Of a stretch of 64,000 nt of DNA, positions 50,563 through 63,174 are shown one piece after another. This DNA comes from Octopus sinensis. Its lineage: Eukaryota. Each line of letters begins with the position of its first letter. The stretch's first letter is position 1. The notes beneath the pieces were generated by a model, which ran no database searches, was not told the DNA's origin, and was given only the letters and a program-made list of their open reading frames with translations. The stretch is taken from assembly GCF_006345805.1 (NCBI RefSeq), contig NC_043007.1:23808001-23872000 (forward strand). The letters run 5' to 3'. Both the position numbers and the translations under genes were made by a program.

Positions 50563-50845
50563 AAGGCGGCGAGCTAGCAGAATCGTTAGCACGCCGGGCG
50601 AAATGCTTAGAGGTATTTCGTCTGCCGTTACGCTCTGAGTTCAAATTACGCCGAGGTCGAGTTTGCCTTTCATATTTTCGGGGTCGATTAGATAAGTACC
50701 AGTTACGCACTGGTGTCGATGTAATAGACAACCCGTTTGTCTGTCCTTGTTTGTTCCTCTGTGTTTAGCCCCTTGATGGTAGTAAAGAAATAGGTATTTC
50801 GTCTGCCGCTACGTTCTGAGTTCAAATTCCGCCGAGGTCGACTTA
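50563..50845 (+). repeat. Family A SINE dimer (second unit truncated)
   Basis: AAAGAAATAG|GTATTTCGTCTGCC junction at ~50792. Confidence 0.8.
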
Positions 50846-50989
50846 AAAGTAACCTAAAATAACCTCCCTTGTAGATCACACACCAAAGTAGCACCATGAT
50901 TTCAATATCAAATACAAATTCATTTAAATTTTACCATCTTTCAGCTTTTCGCTATCAAACCTACGAGTAGTAATCCCTTCCTTCCTATT

Positions 50990-51730
50990 TTCACCAGCCT
51001 TCAACATAACTGAATTGTGCCTACTTTTAGCTGATGACCATTTTCGATACCCGCAACTTAATCTGTTCTAACATCTTGCAGTGGTTTGTTTTATACTTTG
51101 CCGATTTATCAAAATGCAAGCTATTGGATTACTATTTCTGTTTTTGCCTACCCATGATTAATCATATTTATGAATATCTCTGCATTTAAAGACAATACCT
51201 CCTATAATGTGATTGTTAATAACACAGAGGTTAATCAATTTTAGACAATTTTCATTACCATCTTCAAGCCCATATATACTCACTGTCTGTTTTACACTTT
51301 CGTTGCTACTGCCAGTTTTTGTATTTAGATCAGGAATCAAATACATCATATCTCTTGCTGCTACACAATCAATTCCTGCGTGCAATGATGGATGGAAGAA
51401 ACTTTTTCTTTTCATCCGGTTGCTTTATTTATAGGCCCATAACAATAATATTGATGTTGCATTACTTAGCTTTAAGTTTTATTAAAAGCATTCTGAAATT
51501 AGCTAAAGGTTACCATTGATGCTATGCTATTTATATTCAGAATCAAGCCGACTCCACCACATCTCGTATTACCCTCCCTTTCAGACATCAAGAATGCATT
51601 GTCTTCCGTATAACAATTTGATAAATCTATCGCTGAGGTAAATATAATATCAAATTTGAATTGTTCCAGTTTAAAATATGTCGCCAGATTTCAACATTCT
51701 ATGCCGCAATACGTATTTTAGTATTTGTTT
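50990..51730 (-). mobile_element. RTE-like LINE apurinic endonuclease domain relic
   Basis: Minus-strand KIRIAA*NV...GGVGLIL...RDMMYLIPDLNTKTG...GLEDGNENCLKLINLCVINNHIIGGIVF..RDIHK...LQDVR aligns by eye to the RTE APE consensus (GDLNAKVG...NENG..L..FC..N.L.IGGT.F.HKDIHK). Confidence 0.75.
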
Positions 51731-51784
51731 TTAAAAGCCGGGTCATTCTAAACACCTCTGTTTGAGTCTAGGGACATTACTATA

Positions 51785-52169
51785 TCTTTATATATAAAAG
51801 TCAAGTTGTATGTCTGTCTCCTACGATTTAGATTCCTAACTACACCCACATTTTGCGGTGCAGTGTAACCCAAACCGGGTATCTTATAGTCGTGATTCAT
51901 ATCGAGCCCTTCTGGGTATTAGCGTGCGTCTACGATGAGTCTACGATTAAAAAAAAAATTACCATAATTTTTTTCCATTTTAATGCATTTTTTCGCTATT
52001 ATATAAGGGAAGTAACTCTCTAAAAATGTCTACGACTTTTAAAAAGATTTACCATAATTTTTTTCCATTTTTAATGCATTTTTTTGCTATTTTTTGGCTA
52101 TAACTCTCTAAAAATGCTTATATAGTTATTTCCCTTACAAACCCGAGCAACGCCGGGCGATACTGCTAG
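51785..52169 (+). mobile_element. Non-autonomous Helitron (subtype 2)
   Basis: A|TCTTTATATATAAAAG start. CCCGAGCAACGCCGGGCGATACTG-CTAG|T end. Confidence 0.8.
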
Positions 52170-52222
52170 TCTCTATATATATAAAGCTGAAGTTGTCTGT
52201 GTATGGCAGGTTTGGTAGCCAC
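52170..52222 (+). mobile_element. 5' end of Helitron subtype 1 fused directly to the preceding CTAG
   Basis: TCTCTATATATATAAAGCTGAAGTTGTCTGTGTATGGCAGGTTTGGTAGCC matches the start of 15718. Confidence 0.75.
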
Positions 52223-52502
52223 AACGTTAATGTGGTTTCCTGGTAAGTAACAGATAGACCCGAAACTCGCAAGCAGACCTTTCTCTCTTACAGGTTTTAG
52301 CTATATGGCTGAGGCCATGTCGGGGATGCCGCTGTGATATCAATTTAGGTCTTGTGCTCTGCATTTGATGAATAAGCGAGTTCGATGCTACCGCAGTTAT
52401 TTGAGTCCCTTGTCTAGATGTAGGTTTACCAGAGATTGTGCACTGTAGAATGTCTAATTTCTTTCTTGAAGGTGTTCACATTCACTCCACACATAGTCTT
52501 AT

Positions 52503-52735
52503 GTTTTACTCTTTTACTTGTTTCAATCATGTGACTGTGGCCATGCTGGAGCACCGCATTTAGTCGAGCAAATCGACCCCAGGACTTAGTCTTTGTAAGC
52601 CTAGTACTTATTCTATCGGTCAGTTTTGCCGAACCACTGAGTTACAGCGACGTAAACACACCAGCATCGATTGTCAAGCGATGTTGGGCGGGGGGAAAAA
52701 CACAGACACACAAACATACACACACATAAATACAT

Positions 52736-52780
<45 letters not shown>

Positions 52781-52790
52781 CATACATACA

Positions 52791-52832
<42 letters not shown>

Positions 52833-52997
52833 TAATATATATATATATGCATATATACGACGGGCTTCTTTCAGTTTCCTCGACCAAATCCACTCACAAG
52901 GCTTTGGTCGGCCCGAGGCTATAGTAGAAGACACTTGCCCAAGGTGTCACGAAGTGGGACTGAACCCGGAACCATGTGGTTGGTAACCAAGTTACTT
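52503..52997 (-). mobile_element. Full-length family B SINE
   Basis: Reverse complement of the family B consensus with an internal microsatellite. Confidence 0.85.
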
Positions 52998-53279
52998 GCC
53001 ACACAGCCACTCCTACGCAGAAGAATATTGAATAACTGTGGCCCTTTGAGTCCCTAGCTGTTGCTGTACCTTGCTCTTAATCGCGAAGGAGTAAGTGGGC
53101 CTTTAGGAACTATGGAATAGTTGTCCTGCTGTTTATTTCTGTCTCAAACCGATTCTCATAATTTTTAATATCATTTTTACATTAAAAAAAATTATTACTA
53201 GCCAATTAAATAATAATCATATTTGTTTTCCGATAAGAGATGAGGGTGCGCGCCCCTTTATTAATCTCTATCATACAAG

Positions 53280-53503
53280 GAGCTGGCAGAAGCGTTAGCG
53301 CGCTGGGCGAAATGCTTAGCGGTATTTCGTCTGTCGTTACGTTCTGAGTTCAAATTCCGCCGAGGTCGACTTTGCCTTTCATCCTTTCAGGGTCGATAAA
53401 TTAGGTACCAGTTACGCACTGGGGTTGATGTAATCGACTTAATCCGTTTGTCTGTCCTTGTTTGTCCCCTCTATATTTAGCCCCTTGTGGGCAGTAAAGA
53501 AAT
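53280..53503 (+). mobile_element. Family A SINE
   Basis: Flanked by TATCATACAAGG(A) duplications. Confidence 0.8.
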
Positions 53504-53520
53504 ATATCATACAAGGAAGT

Positions 53521-53783
53521 GGAGGCGCGTGGCTTAGTGGTTAGGGTGGCAGCATCATGATCGTAAGATTGTGGTTTCGATTCCTGAACCGGACGACGCA
53601 TTGTGTTCTTGAGCAAAACACTTCATTTCACGTTGCTACAGTCCACTCAGCTGGCAAAAATGAGTAACGCTGCGATGGACTGGCGTCCCGTCCAGCTGGG
53701 GAACACATACGCCATAGAAACCGGGAAACCGGGCCCATGAGCCTGGCTAGCCTTTAAAAGGACGCATTTATTATTATTTTTTT
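53521..53783 (+). mobile_element. Family C SINE with 15-bp TSD TATCATACAAGGAAG
   Basis: TSD at 53505-53519 and 53784-53798. (TTA)n/T tail. Confidence 0.85.
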
Positions 53784-54539
53784 TATCATACAAGGAAGAA
53801 GTCAGCTGTTCATAAACCATGAATGCATGTTCGGTTTCACCCAAATGCCTAGCGGTATTTCATCTGCCGTTACGTTGTGAGTTCAAATTCCGTCCAGGTC
53901 GACTTTGCCTTTCATCCTTTTGGGGTCGATAAATTAAGTACCAGTTACGCACTGGGGTCGATGTAATCGACTTAATACCTATGTCTGTCCTTGTTTGTTC
54001 CCTCTGTGTTTAGCCCCTTGTGGGTAATAAAGAAATAGGTTTCACTCCGTGGTCGAACTTGGTTCACTTCTCTTCGCCCCGCAATCGACACGTGTTGAAG
54101 AAGTTATCATCAAGTAACCTGGTCTTGTAAAATGTGTAAACTTGTATAAAAAGAAAAGAAAAAAAAGAATAGAAAAATGCCGCGTGGTTAGTGGGCCACG
54201 TTTGATGGTAACAGTCCTCGACTCATAAAAGACAATATCACTTGACCTTGATTGTCATCTGTGTTATTCTCGTGTTTGTGTAGTTGTGTGTGTGTGTGTG
54301 TGTTAGTGTTGTGTGTGTGTAGATTGTATTCGTATGTGTGCATGAGTGTCCTTATCCGTATATGGGCGTGTTTATACGAGAGAGGGGACATAAGGAATTA
54401 GGGAGGAGAATCAAAGGGATGGTTGAGGGTAAGAGGTAAGCTGTCATAACTTAATTCAAAGACAAGGAGCGATAAACAAGGTGACAGATGTTATAGTAGA
54501 AGCTAAGTGTAATTATAGACTTAGTGAAAGCCTAGTAAT

Positions 54540-55040
54540 GGGACGGTGGTTGTTGTTGTTGTTGCGGTGGTGGTGGTGGTGCTGGTCTAGCTACTGTGTT
54601 AGTGCTGGTGTATTTTCAGCACTTTGTATCTGTAGTGGTAGTGGTGGTGGTGGCGTTAGTGGTGTGGTATTGGTGTTAGTGGTGTGGTGGTGGTGGTAGT
54701 TGTGTGGTGGTGATGTTAGTGGTGTGGTGGTGGTGTTAGTGGTGTTAGTGGCCTGGTAGTGGTGTTAGTGGTGTGGGTGGTGTGTGGTGGTGGTGCTAGT
54801 GGCGTTGTAGTGGTGTTAGTGGTGTGGTGGTGGTGTTAGTGGTGTGGTGGTGGTGTTAGTGGTGGTGTTAGTGGTGTTAGTGGCCTGGTAGTGGTGTTAG
54901 TGGTGTGGTGGTGGTGTGGTGGTGGTGCTAGTGGCGTTGTAGTGGTGTTAGTGGTGTGGTGGTGGTGTTAGTGGTGGTGTTAGTGGTGGTGGTGGTGTTA
55001 GTGGTGTGGGGGTGGTGATGTTAGTGGTGGTGGTGTTAGT
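54540..55040. repeat. GGT/GTTA-based minisatellite
   Basis: Repeats of GTGGTGTTAGTGGTGT with an internal ~120-bp higher-order duplication. Confidence 0.85.
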
Positions 55041-55428
55041 CACTTTCTCTCACACTTACACATACATACATACATACATACATACATACATACATACATA
55101 CATACACACATACATACATACACATTCATACAAACACATACATACATACATTCAAGCATATGTATATATATACATATACATACATTCGTACGTACGTGTG
55201 TGTGTGTGTGTGTGTGTGTGTAAATCGAGAGAAAGAGAAAGAAAGAAAGAAAGAAAGAAGGAGAGAGAAAACGAAAGGGATTAAAGAAACACTGAAGGAG
55301 AAAACGAAAAGCACCGTTTCTCATGACAAACTATCAGCGTTTGTGTGTATCACACTAACACCTCTATACAACTACTGCTCCATTACAACCTTCATTCTCC
55401 CTACATCTCCTTCCTCAACTTAAGTCTG

Positions 55429-55664
55429 GGATCTTTTCACTTTCAAGGCCTGATTGTCAGATTTTTCTAGTTAACTAAATAATTTGAAACTTCGTATACT
55501 GGTAGAGTGTCTCAAAAGAAAACAATAATTTCAACTAGTTTTTTTGACAAAAATGTATTTTATAAGTTTAAACGTAGTTTAAATCTGCGAATTTTAACCA
55601 ATCGTATTGTCTGTTTTCATTTGAACTCAGTAACTGCATAATGTTACTGTGACGTAAAAGATCC
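55429..55664. mobile_element. Third GGATC-terminated MITE, 8-bp TSD TAAGTCTG
   Basis: TSD at 55421-55428 and 55665-55672. Termini GGATCTTTT...AAAAGATCC. Shares AAACTTCGTATACTGGTAGA with the 48486 copy. Confidence 0.82.
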
Positions 55665-55689
55665 TAAGTCTGGCCCGAAGAAATCCATG

Positions 55690-55810
55690 GGTTTCCATCT
55701 TATGCATAGTTCTGGGTTGCATTTGGAATTTTGCACATAAATTGTAACACCAAAATATTATATGGACCACTAAAGGCCAATAATGGACCGACCCCAGTTG
55801 AGAACCACTG
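55690..55810. mobile_element. hAT/Charlie-like MITE terminus
   Basis: Ends GTTGAGAACCACTG, the reverse complement of the typical CAGTGGTTCTCAAC hAT TIR. The other end was not found. Confidence 0.4.
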
Positions 55811-57880
55811 ATCTAGAGCGTAATTTTAAAGTTAAATTTCAGTCTCTGTTTGTGAAGTTGGTGAGCAGTTCATTAGACCTTCCTTCCATGAGATGCGTGT
55901 ATTTTTAAGGAAGTTGTGTGAAGTTATTTCTGGGTGACTCACGGTTCACTGTCACGCAGCCAATAACAAGCAAACGGTAGCTATATTAGTCAAATATTTA
56001 TAAATATTTACCGTTGTGTGTGTCGCCTCTTCGCAAATATGACAATGTCACCAATGTCCAAAATAGATATTTATGGGCGCAAGCACGCACTAATTTACTC
56101 CTTCGCACACACACATACACACACATAAACACACACACACATACACACACATACACACGCACATACATAAACACACATACACACATACATACATACACAC
56201 GTACACACACACATGCACAGGGTTTTATGCAAAACAGGTACACACACGAGAAAGAGAAGGAAGAAGAGATAGGTAGATAGATAGATGGATGGAGAGAGAG
56301 AGACAGGACGAGAGAGAGAGTGTGAGAGAAAAGAAAGAAAGAAAAAAAGAGAGAGAAAAGAAAGAAAAAAGAAAGGGAAAAGAAAGAAAGAGACAGGCAG
56401 AGAGAGAGAGGATAAAAGCATCTCTTCGTAAGATAGTCGCTTAATGTTCCACAAATAGCAATCAAATACTCTTCAAATCGTAAGTCTATTGCCTTAAAAC
56501 AAGAAGAAATTTTATGACATTATGCTGGAAATTTAAAAGAGCGAATGGTCCACAAGTGGAACTTTTGATCTGCTAGATATAGCACCCAGAATCTCCCTCA
56601 TACCACATACAATTGTTATAGAAAACAAGAAGGATGTATTGAATTCTATACAAAGGCTTTAAAATAAATCTGCAATGCGTTTGATCACAGGTTTGCCGAA
56701 TCAAAATAGACTTGAGATTGAACCGCTATTGAGAAAACCAATTTCCTCCTCCTCATCCTCCTCCTCTACTCTCTTCATCCTATCCTCCTCTCTTCATCCT
56801 ATCCTCTCCCTCCTCCTCTCTTCATCCTCTCCTATCCTTCCTCTTCTTCTTCCTCCTCCTCCTCCTCCCCTCTACTCTCTTCATCCTCTCCTTTCCCTCC
56901 TCTTCTTTTCTTCTTCTTCCCCCTCCCCTCCCCTCCTCCTCGGAACGAAGCTGGTTTCGTACCAGTGTAATGGTAGCAATCTTGTCGCGTACGGGGTAAC
57001 ACTTTTTCTGTCGAGGTCTTACATGCCCAATTATTAGACTATTTTCTTTCATCATTGCGCTGTGATCGCTTATAAGCTTTAAGTTTATAAAATGCCAGAA
57101 TTGTAAAAATTGATGCTGCTTAACAAAACCTATCTCACTAAAGGCATATATATATATATGCTTATATATATATGCTTTTACATAGGAAGAAAATTCAAGA
57201 TGGCTGACACTCTTGGGAAGAGAAGGATTGAGCAATGTAGAAAACCTTCCATATTGTGGAATACCGTTGTTTTCAGGGCCACATTGATTCCTTCATCTGT
57301 TCGGTGTTAGAGAAACTGCAGCTAAATAATCACCGCTTTATGAATCCTTGTGATTCACCGTAATATTGGCCTGTTTGTTTTTTAGCTCCACATAACAAAG
57401 CTCTGAAAATATCAACTATTCTGTATAATATTTAAATATACAAGCTTCCAGTTGCTTTGTCTATGAAACAATATAAGATACAAAACGGTACCAAAAATAG
57501 ATATTTATGTTAAAAATAGGCATTTGTACTCCCACGCGGTCATACTCTAGATACGTCTTCATCTGTTTGTGAATGTGTACTTGTGTGTATTTGTGTGTGT
57601 GTGTGTGTGTGTGTGAGTGCGTGCGTGTATGTGGGTGTGTGAATCTATCTATCTATCTTTTTCCTTTTTTTCTTTTTTTCTTTTTTTTCTTTTCCTTTTT
57701 TTCTTTTTTTGTTCTTTTTTCCCTTTTACGATCCCTTTTGATCGAAAACCTACGCCACCTTTTTTTTTCTTCTCCCCCAAAAGAAAAGCTCTACCTTGTA
57801 ACTTGTCCCATCTGTGTGCAGCCCTGTGTGGCCAATAAAGAAACTTATCTATCTCTCTATCTATCTATCTATCCTGTCTG

Positions 57881-57949
<69 letters not shown>

Positions 57950-58484
57950 ATGCATAAACACACGCACAAATGCATAAATATGTGTATGTAGTATTTGTTT
58001 GTTGCATGTGCATGTGTGTGTATATGTGTCTGTGCGTGTGTATGTGTGTACACACAGACAAATACAGGCTTATCAAATACCATACTATATGGATTCTTGC
58101 CTCGGGCCGACCAAAGCCTTGTGAGTGGATTTGGTAAACGGAAACTGAAAGAAGCCTGTCGTATATATGTATATATATATATATATGTCTGCGTGTGTGT
58201 ATCTGCGTTTGTCCCCCCACCCCACCCCCCACCCCACCCCACCAACATCGCTTGATAACCGATGCTGGTGCGTTTACGCCCCCGTAACTTAGCGGTTCGG
58301 CAAAAGAGACCGATAGAATAAGTACTAGGCTTACAGAGAATAAGTCTTGGGGTCGATTTCCTCGACTAAAGGCGGTGCTCCAGTATGGCCGCAGTCAAAT
58401 GGCTGAAACAAGTAAAAGAGTAAAAAGTAAAGAGAGTCCTTTTGTGGGCGTGCCAAATGGCAATTAATATATGTATGTATAAGG

Positions 58485-59020
58485 TGCAAACTGGCAGAAT
58501 CGTTAGCACGCCGGGTGAAAGGCTTAGCGGAATTTCGTCTGCCATTACGTTCTGAGTTCAAATTCCGCCCAGGTCGACTTTGCCTTTCATCCTTTCGGGG
58601 TCGATAAATTAAGTACCAGTTACGCACTGGGGTCGATGTAATCAACTTAATACCTATGTCTGTCCTTGTTTGTCCCCCTCTGTGTTTAGCCCCTTGTGGG
58701 TAGTAAAGAAATAGGTATTTCGTCTGCCGTTACGTTCTGAGTTCAAATTCCGCCGAGGTCGACTTTGCCTTTCATCCTTTCAGGGTCGATTAAACAAGTA
58801 CCAGTTACGCACTGGGGTCGATATCATCGACTTAATCCATTTGTCTGTCCTTGTTTGTCCCCCTCTGTGTTTAGCCCCTTGTGGGTAGTAAAGAAATAGG
58901 TATCTCGTGTGTCTTTACGTTCTGAGTTCAAATTCCGCCGAGGTCGACTTTGCCTTTCATCCTTTCGGGATCGATAAATTAAGTACCAGTTGCGTACTGG
59001 GATCTAATCGACTGGTCCCC
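58485..59020 (+). repeat. Family A SINE trimer
   Basis: Junctions AAAGAAATAG|GTAT.TCG at ~58714 and ~58899. Confidence 0.85.
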
Positions 59021-59357
59021 CTCCCCAAAAATTTCGCGCCTTGTGCCTAGAGTAGAAAAGAATGTATGTATGTACTAAACTTCCTTTTCCTTTGGTTTTT
59101 AATCTATAATCGTTTACTGTTCTTGAAATAATCATACTAAAACCGGTATTCGTCTCTCAATACACGTGCGCGCACACACGCCCTCTCTGTCTTTCTCTTT
59201 CGCCCCTCCCCTTCTCTGACGGCCACTTACTCTTAGTCACGAGTGTGACAGTTTTATGCAATGTTTATTAAGTTGTATATATTTAAAACATAACACCCGT
59301 CCGATGTACTCGTACGGCCTTACAGTACGATTAGATCGCCAGCGATGGCGAAGAGGA

Positions 59358-59388
<31 letters not shown>

Positions 59389-59894
59389 CTAGCAGTATCG
59401 CCCGGCGTTGCTCGGGTTTGTAAGGGAAATAACTATATAAGCATTTTTAGAGAGTTACTTCCCTTATAAATTCGGGCTTTCTTAGCCATTTTTGTTTTGG
59501 TGTCTTCAAGCCATGAAGTCGTTGTTCTAAAAGAACGCTGGTTTCCTTCACAACGCATTACGACGTTGATTTCTTTACACTCCCTTCCCCACAGCTTCAC
59601 GAGGGAGGGAAGGGGGAGAAGCAAACAGGTGCAGCTGTGAGCGTGGACGCCAACTCCGCCGCCATCGACATACGATGCATTTTATGCATTAAAATGGAAT
59701 AAAAAATGATGTTAAATTATTTTTAAAATCGTAGACTCATCGTTGACGCGCGCTAATAGTCAGACGGGCTCGATATGAATCACGACTATAAGATACCCGA
59801 ATTTGGTTAAACTGCACCGCAAAATGTGGGAGGAGTTAGGAATCTAAATCGAAGGGGACAGACACTCACACAACTAGAGTTTTATATATATAGA
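59389..59894 (-). mobile_element. Non-autonomous Helitron (subtype 2) with extra internal segment
   Basis: On the minus strand: A|TCTATATATATAAAA ... CCCGAGCAACGCCGGGCGATACTGCTAG|T. Confidence 0.82.
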
Positions 59895-59954
59895 TATGCA
59901 TATATGTACGATGGGCTTCTTTTCAGTTTTATCCTCATATATATACATATAGAT

Positions 59955-59989
<35 letters not shown>

Positions 59990-60009
59990 CACATATATAT
60001 ATATCCTTT

Positions 60010-60186
60010 TTTCTCTCCTCTTTTTCATTCCTTGTTTCTCTACTTGTTTTTTTGTGTGTGTCCCTTTCTGTAGAAGAGCGTAGGTTCGAAACGTAAAAGA
60101 ATTTTTCTATTCCTGAGCGTTATACTTATACATCTGTTTGTTTTGTACACCATCTGTCTTCGTTTTTTGTTTTTTTCGTAAACTCT

Positions 60187-60190
<4 letters not shown>
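60010..60190 (+). repeat. Second copy of the hammerhead-topology dispersed repeat
   Basis: Homologous to 29380-29545. The motif lies at 60064-60099. Confidence 0.55.
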
Positions 60191-60226
<36 letters not shown>

Positions 60227-60456
60227 TAAACAAGAATCTATGACATTACAACCAGCCAGGCAAAGTCTTCGCTACATTTGCGCACCTGCCAGAAGGAGTT
60301 TTTGTCCAGGATAGGACTACACAGCCACAGCAGGAGATGTATTAGGACATGAAATGTAAAAGCCGGACTAGATTATTTTATGCGCAACTCCATTGTCACC
60401 TGAGACAAAAAGAATAGATAGATAGATAGATAGATAGATAGATTGATAGATAGATT

Positions 60457-60524
<68 letters not shown>

Positions 60525-60977
60525 TACACATGCATATATGGGTACAAGACGTCACCAACAGCAAACAACATGAAATACAAAGCAAATGAGTTCAATATGC
60601 AAACAACTATAGAAACAAATGGAAAACAGGACTAGTAACATAAACGACGACCCTTCATCAGTTGTCGGCAATCTACTCCCCATTTCGAGCACTGAACGAC
60701 AATATGAGTCTTCGAAGATAGTTGCTTCCATAAGTACCAAAATTAAATTTGGGATTTATGGAGTGTCAAAGTTGGGAACAAAGACAGGGCAGTGGGGACA
60801 TACAGGGAAACCGAACGAAAACAAACATGGAGGGTCGTAAGACCAGAACGAGGGTAAAATAGCGAACTCTGAAGAAATATTTCTTTGACAAGAGAAAGAT
60901 GGAAGAGAGAGATCGGATACCTGTTGTCCTTAAGACAATCCAGAAAGAAAAGAAAGATGATCACGCGCGGAAGAGAA

Positions 60978-61080
<103 letters not shown>

Positions 61081-61252
61081 GTTATGTATTTAGTTAATGA
61101 GAGACAGAAGATGGAAGATACATGAGTTTTTATTAGCCACTACGATTGTTTCGACCCATCTAGCGCGTCGAGGAGGAGGAAGAGAAATTGAGGAAGATGG
61201 AGAAGAAGATGAAGAAGACGGAGAAAATCTTACGTCTCTCATTAATCAAATG

Positions 61253-61335
<83 letters not shown>

Positions 61336-61379
61336 ATCTATCTACCCTCTTATACAGATCAACTGTATAGCTGTGTGTA

Positions 61380-61660
61380 GGGAATGCGCGTGGCTCAGTG
61401 GTTAGGGTATTCGGTTTACGATCGTAAGGTCGTGTGTTCGCATCCTGGCGGCGCGTTACGGCTTTGAGCCAGACACTTTATTTGACGTTTCTTCAGTCCA
61501 CTAAGCTGGCCAAAATGAGTTGTACCTGTATTTGAAAGGGCCAACGTTCTCAGATTCTGTGTCATGCTGAATCTCCCTGAGAACAACGTTAAGGGTACGT
61601 GTGTACGTGGAGTGTTCAGCCACTTGCACATAATTTTACGAGCAAGCTGTTTCGTTGACG
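61380..61660 (+). mobile_element. Diverged family C-like SINE
   Basis: GCGCGTGGCTCAGTGGTTAGG head and CTTCAGTCCACTAAGCTGGC..AAATGAGT core. Confidence 0.65.
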
Positions 61661-62109
61661 GAGTACCAATGTATATATTTGGATCAAGAAGATTGCCATA
61701 CAAGCTGTACTCGTAAAACTCGTATTTTGGGCTATAATATCTTGTGTTACTTAACGGACCTTATGTTCATCTAATTCCCCAACCTATAACAGTCGCAGGC
61801 TAAGCTTCTGATACATTTAAAGATAAAAAAGTGCGTCTTATACATCCGCAAATACGACGACTCTCAATGCTCCAGCTCATCTTGTGGTAAAAGGGTATCA
61901 CGGTAGGTATTGCTAAACAATTATGTGTAGCGAGAGCACTCTTATATAATACATTGAAACGCCGTATAATGGGAGGCTGTGGTGTTGCGTTGACATTTTT
62001 ATGTTTTAAAAAAAATGGCATAAGCGTTCGTGAACGAGGAGAATTTGCATTAACTGAAAATGGAAAACTGTGTCGCAGTCTCGACTTGACTCGAAGAAAA
62101 ATATGAAGG

Positions 62110-62245
62110 GGATGATGACGATGATGTAGAAGGAGGAGGAGGAGGAGGAGAAGGAGAAGAAGAAGATGGAGAAGAAGAAGAAGACGACGACGACGACGAA
62201 GAAGAAGAAGAAGAAGAAGAAGAAGACGACGACGACAACGACGAC

Positions 62246-62278
<33 letters not shown>

Positions 62279-62425
62279 AAGAAGAAGAAGAAGAAGAAGA
62301 AGAAGAAGAAGAAGAAGAAGACGACGACGACGAAGAAGAAGAAGAAGAAGAAGAAGAAGAAGAAGACGACGACGACGAAGAAGAAGAAGAAGAAGAAGAA
62401 GAAGAAGAAGAAGAAGAAGAAGAAC
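62110..62425. repeat. (GAA)n/(GAC)n tract
   Basis: Direct inspection. It explains the poly-Arg/Phe/Ser ORFs. Confidence 0.95.
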
Positions 62426-63174
62426 GCTTCTCCCCCCCCCCATTTAGCATTGAATGAAACTTTATACGAAGTGAGAAGCTGATGACGAGAAATGTCCCAC
62501 AACCACCATACTACCCCGACCCTAAAAAAAAAAAAAACTAAAATAAAGAATAGAGAAATTAAAAGAAAAGAAAAAGAAAAATGATTTTACTTATGCGTTA
62601 AATTACCACTCTAGATGTGGGTCGAGTTTATGTTATGATAGCCTTAGAGGTATTCCCCCATAGCTCTGTGTGCAAGCGCGGTTCTCACTGAGCGTTGGGC
62701 ATATCACGCGTTTGCCTGACTATTTTTGTCGTTCTTACCACCCATATTCTAGGACTAATTCACATTTCCACACACCCACATGTTCACATGTATAATAAAT
62801 ACATCGTTCCAAGCTGACATATATACATACAAAAGAAAAACCATATTTTACTGGTGTATAATAATATCTCGAAGTTAATCCGACCACCGCTTTTTGTACT
62901 TAAAAAATTAGTACACGTGTAGCCGCGTTTTTTCGCCAATTCATTCATCACTGATCCAGATAAATATCGTACGTTCAATTGTGAACCATGTTACGCTCAT
63001 CACGGATTGATGTTTGATACCACGGGTCGGCGATAAGTCGAAGATTCTGCTTGTACCGTAAAAACGCGTCCCTACAATCATCCACAGTACCCAGCTACCC
63101 AGAAAGTACTGACCATCGTTTGAGTTTGCATGACCGTCCTGTGAGGCTGCGTAATTTTTTAATACATATTTTAT

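Noticed and set aside
57277-57360. Possible exon GHIDSFICSVLEKLQLNNHRFMNPCDSP
   Set aside because: A plausible acceptor only. There is no strong donor or recognisable protein family.
60620-60670. CTGATGAAGGG on the minus strand as a further hammerhead
   Set aside because: No downstream GAAA-stem III-UH arrangement. It may belong to a Penelope-like repeat, but that could not be supported.
61800-62502. Poly-Ser/Arg/Leu/Phe ORFs
   Set aside because: Translations of the (GAA)n/(GAC)n tract.
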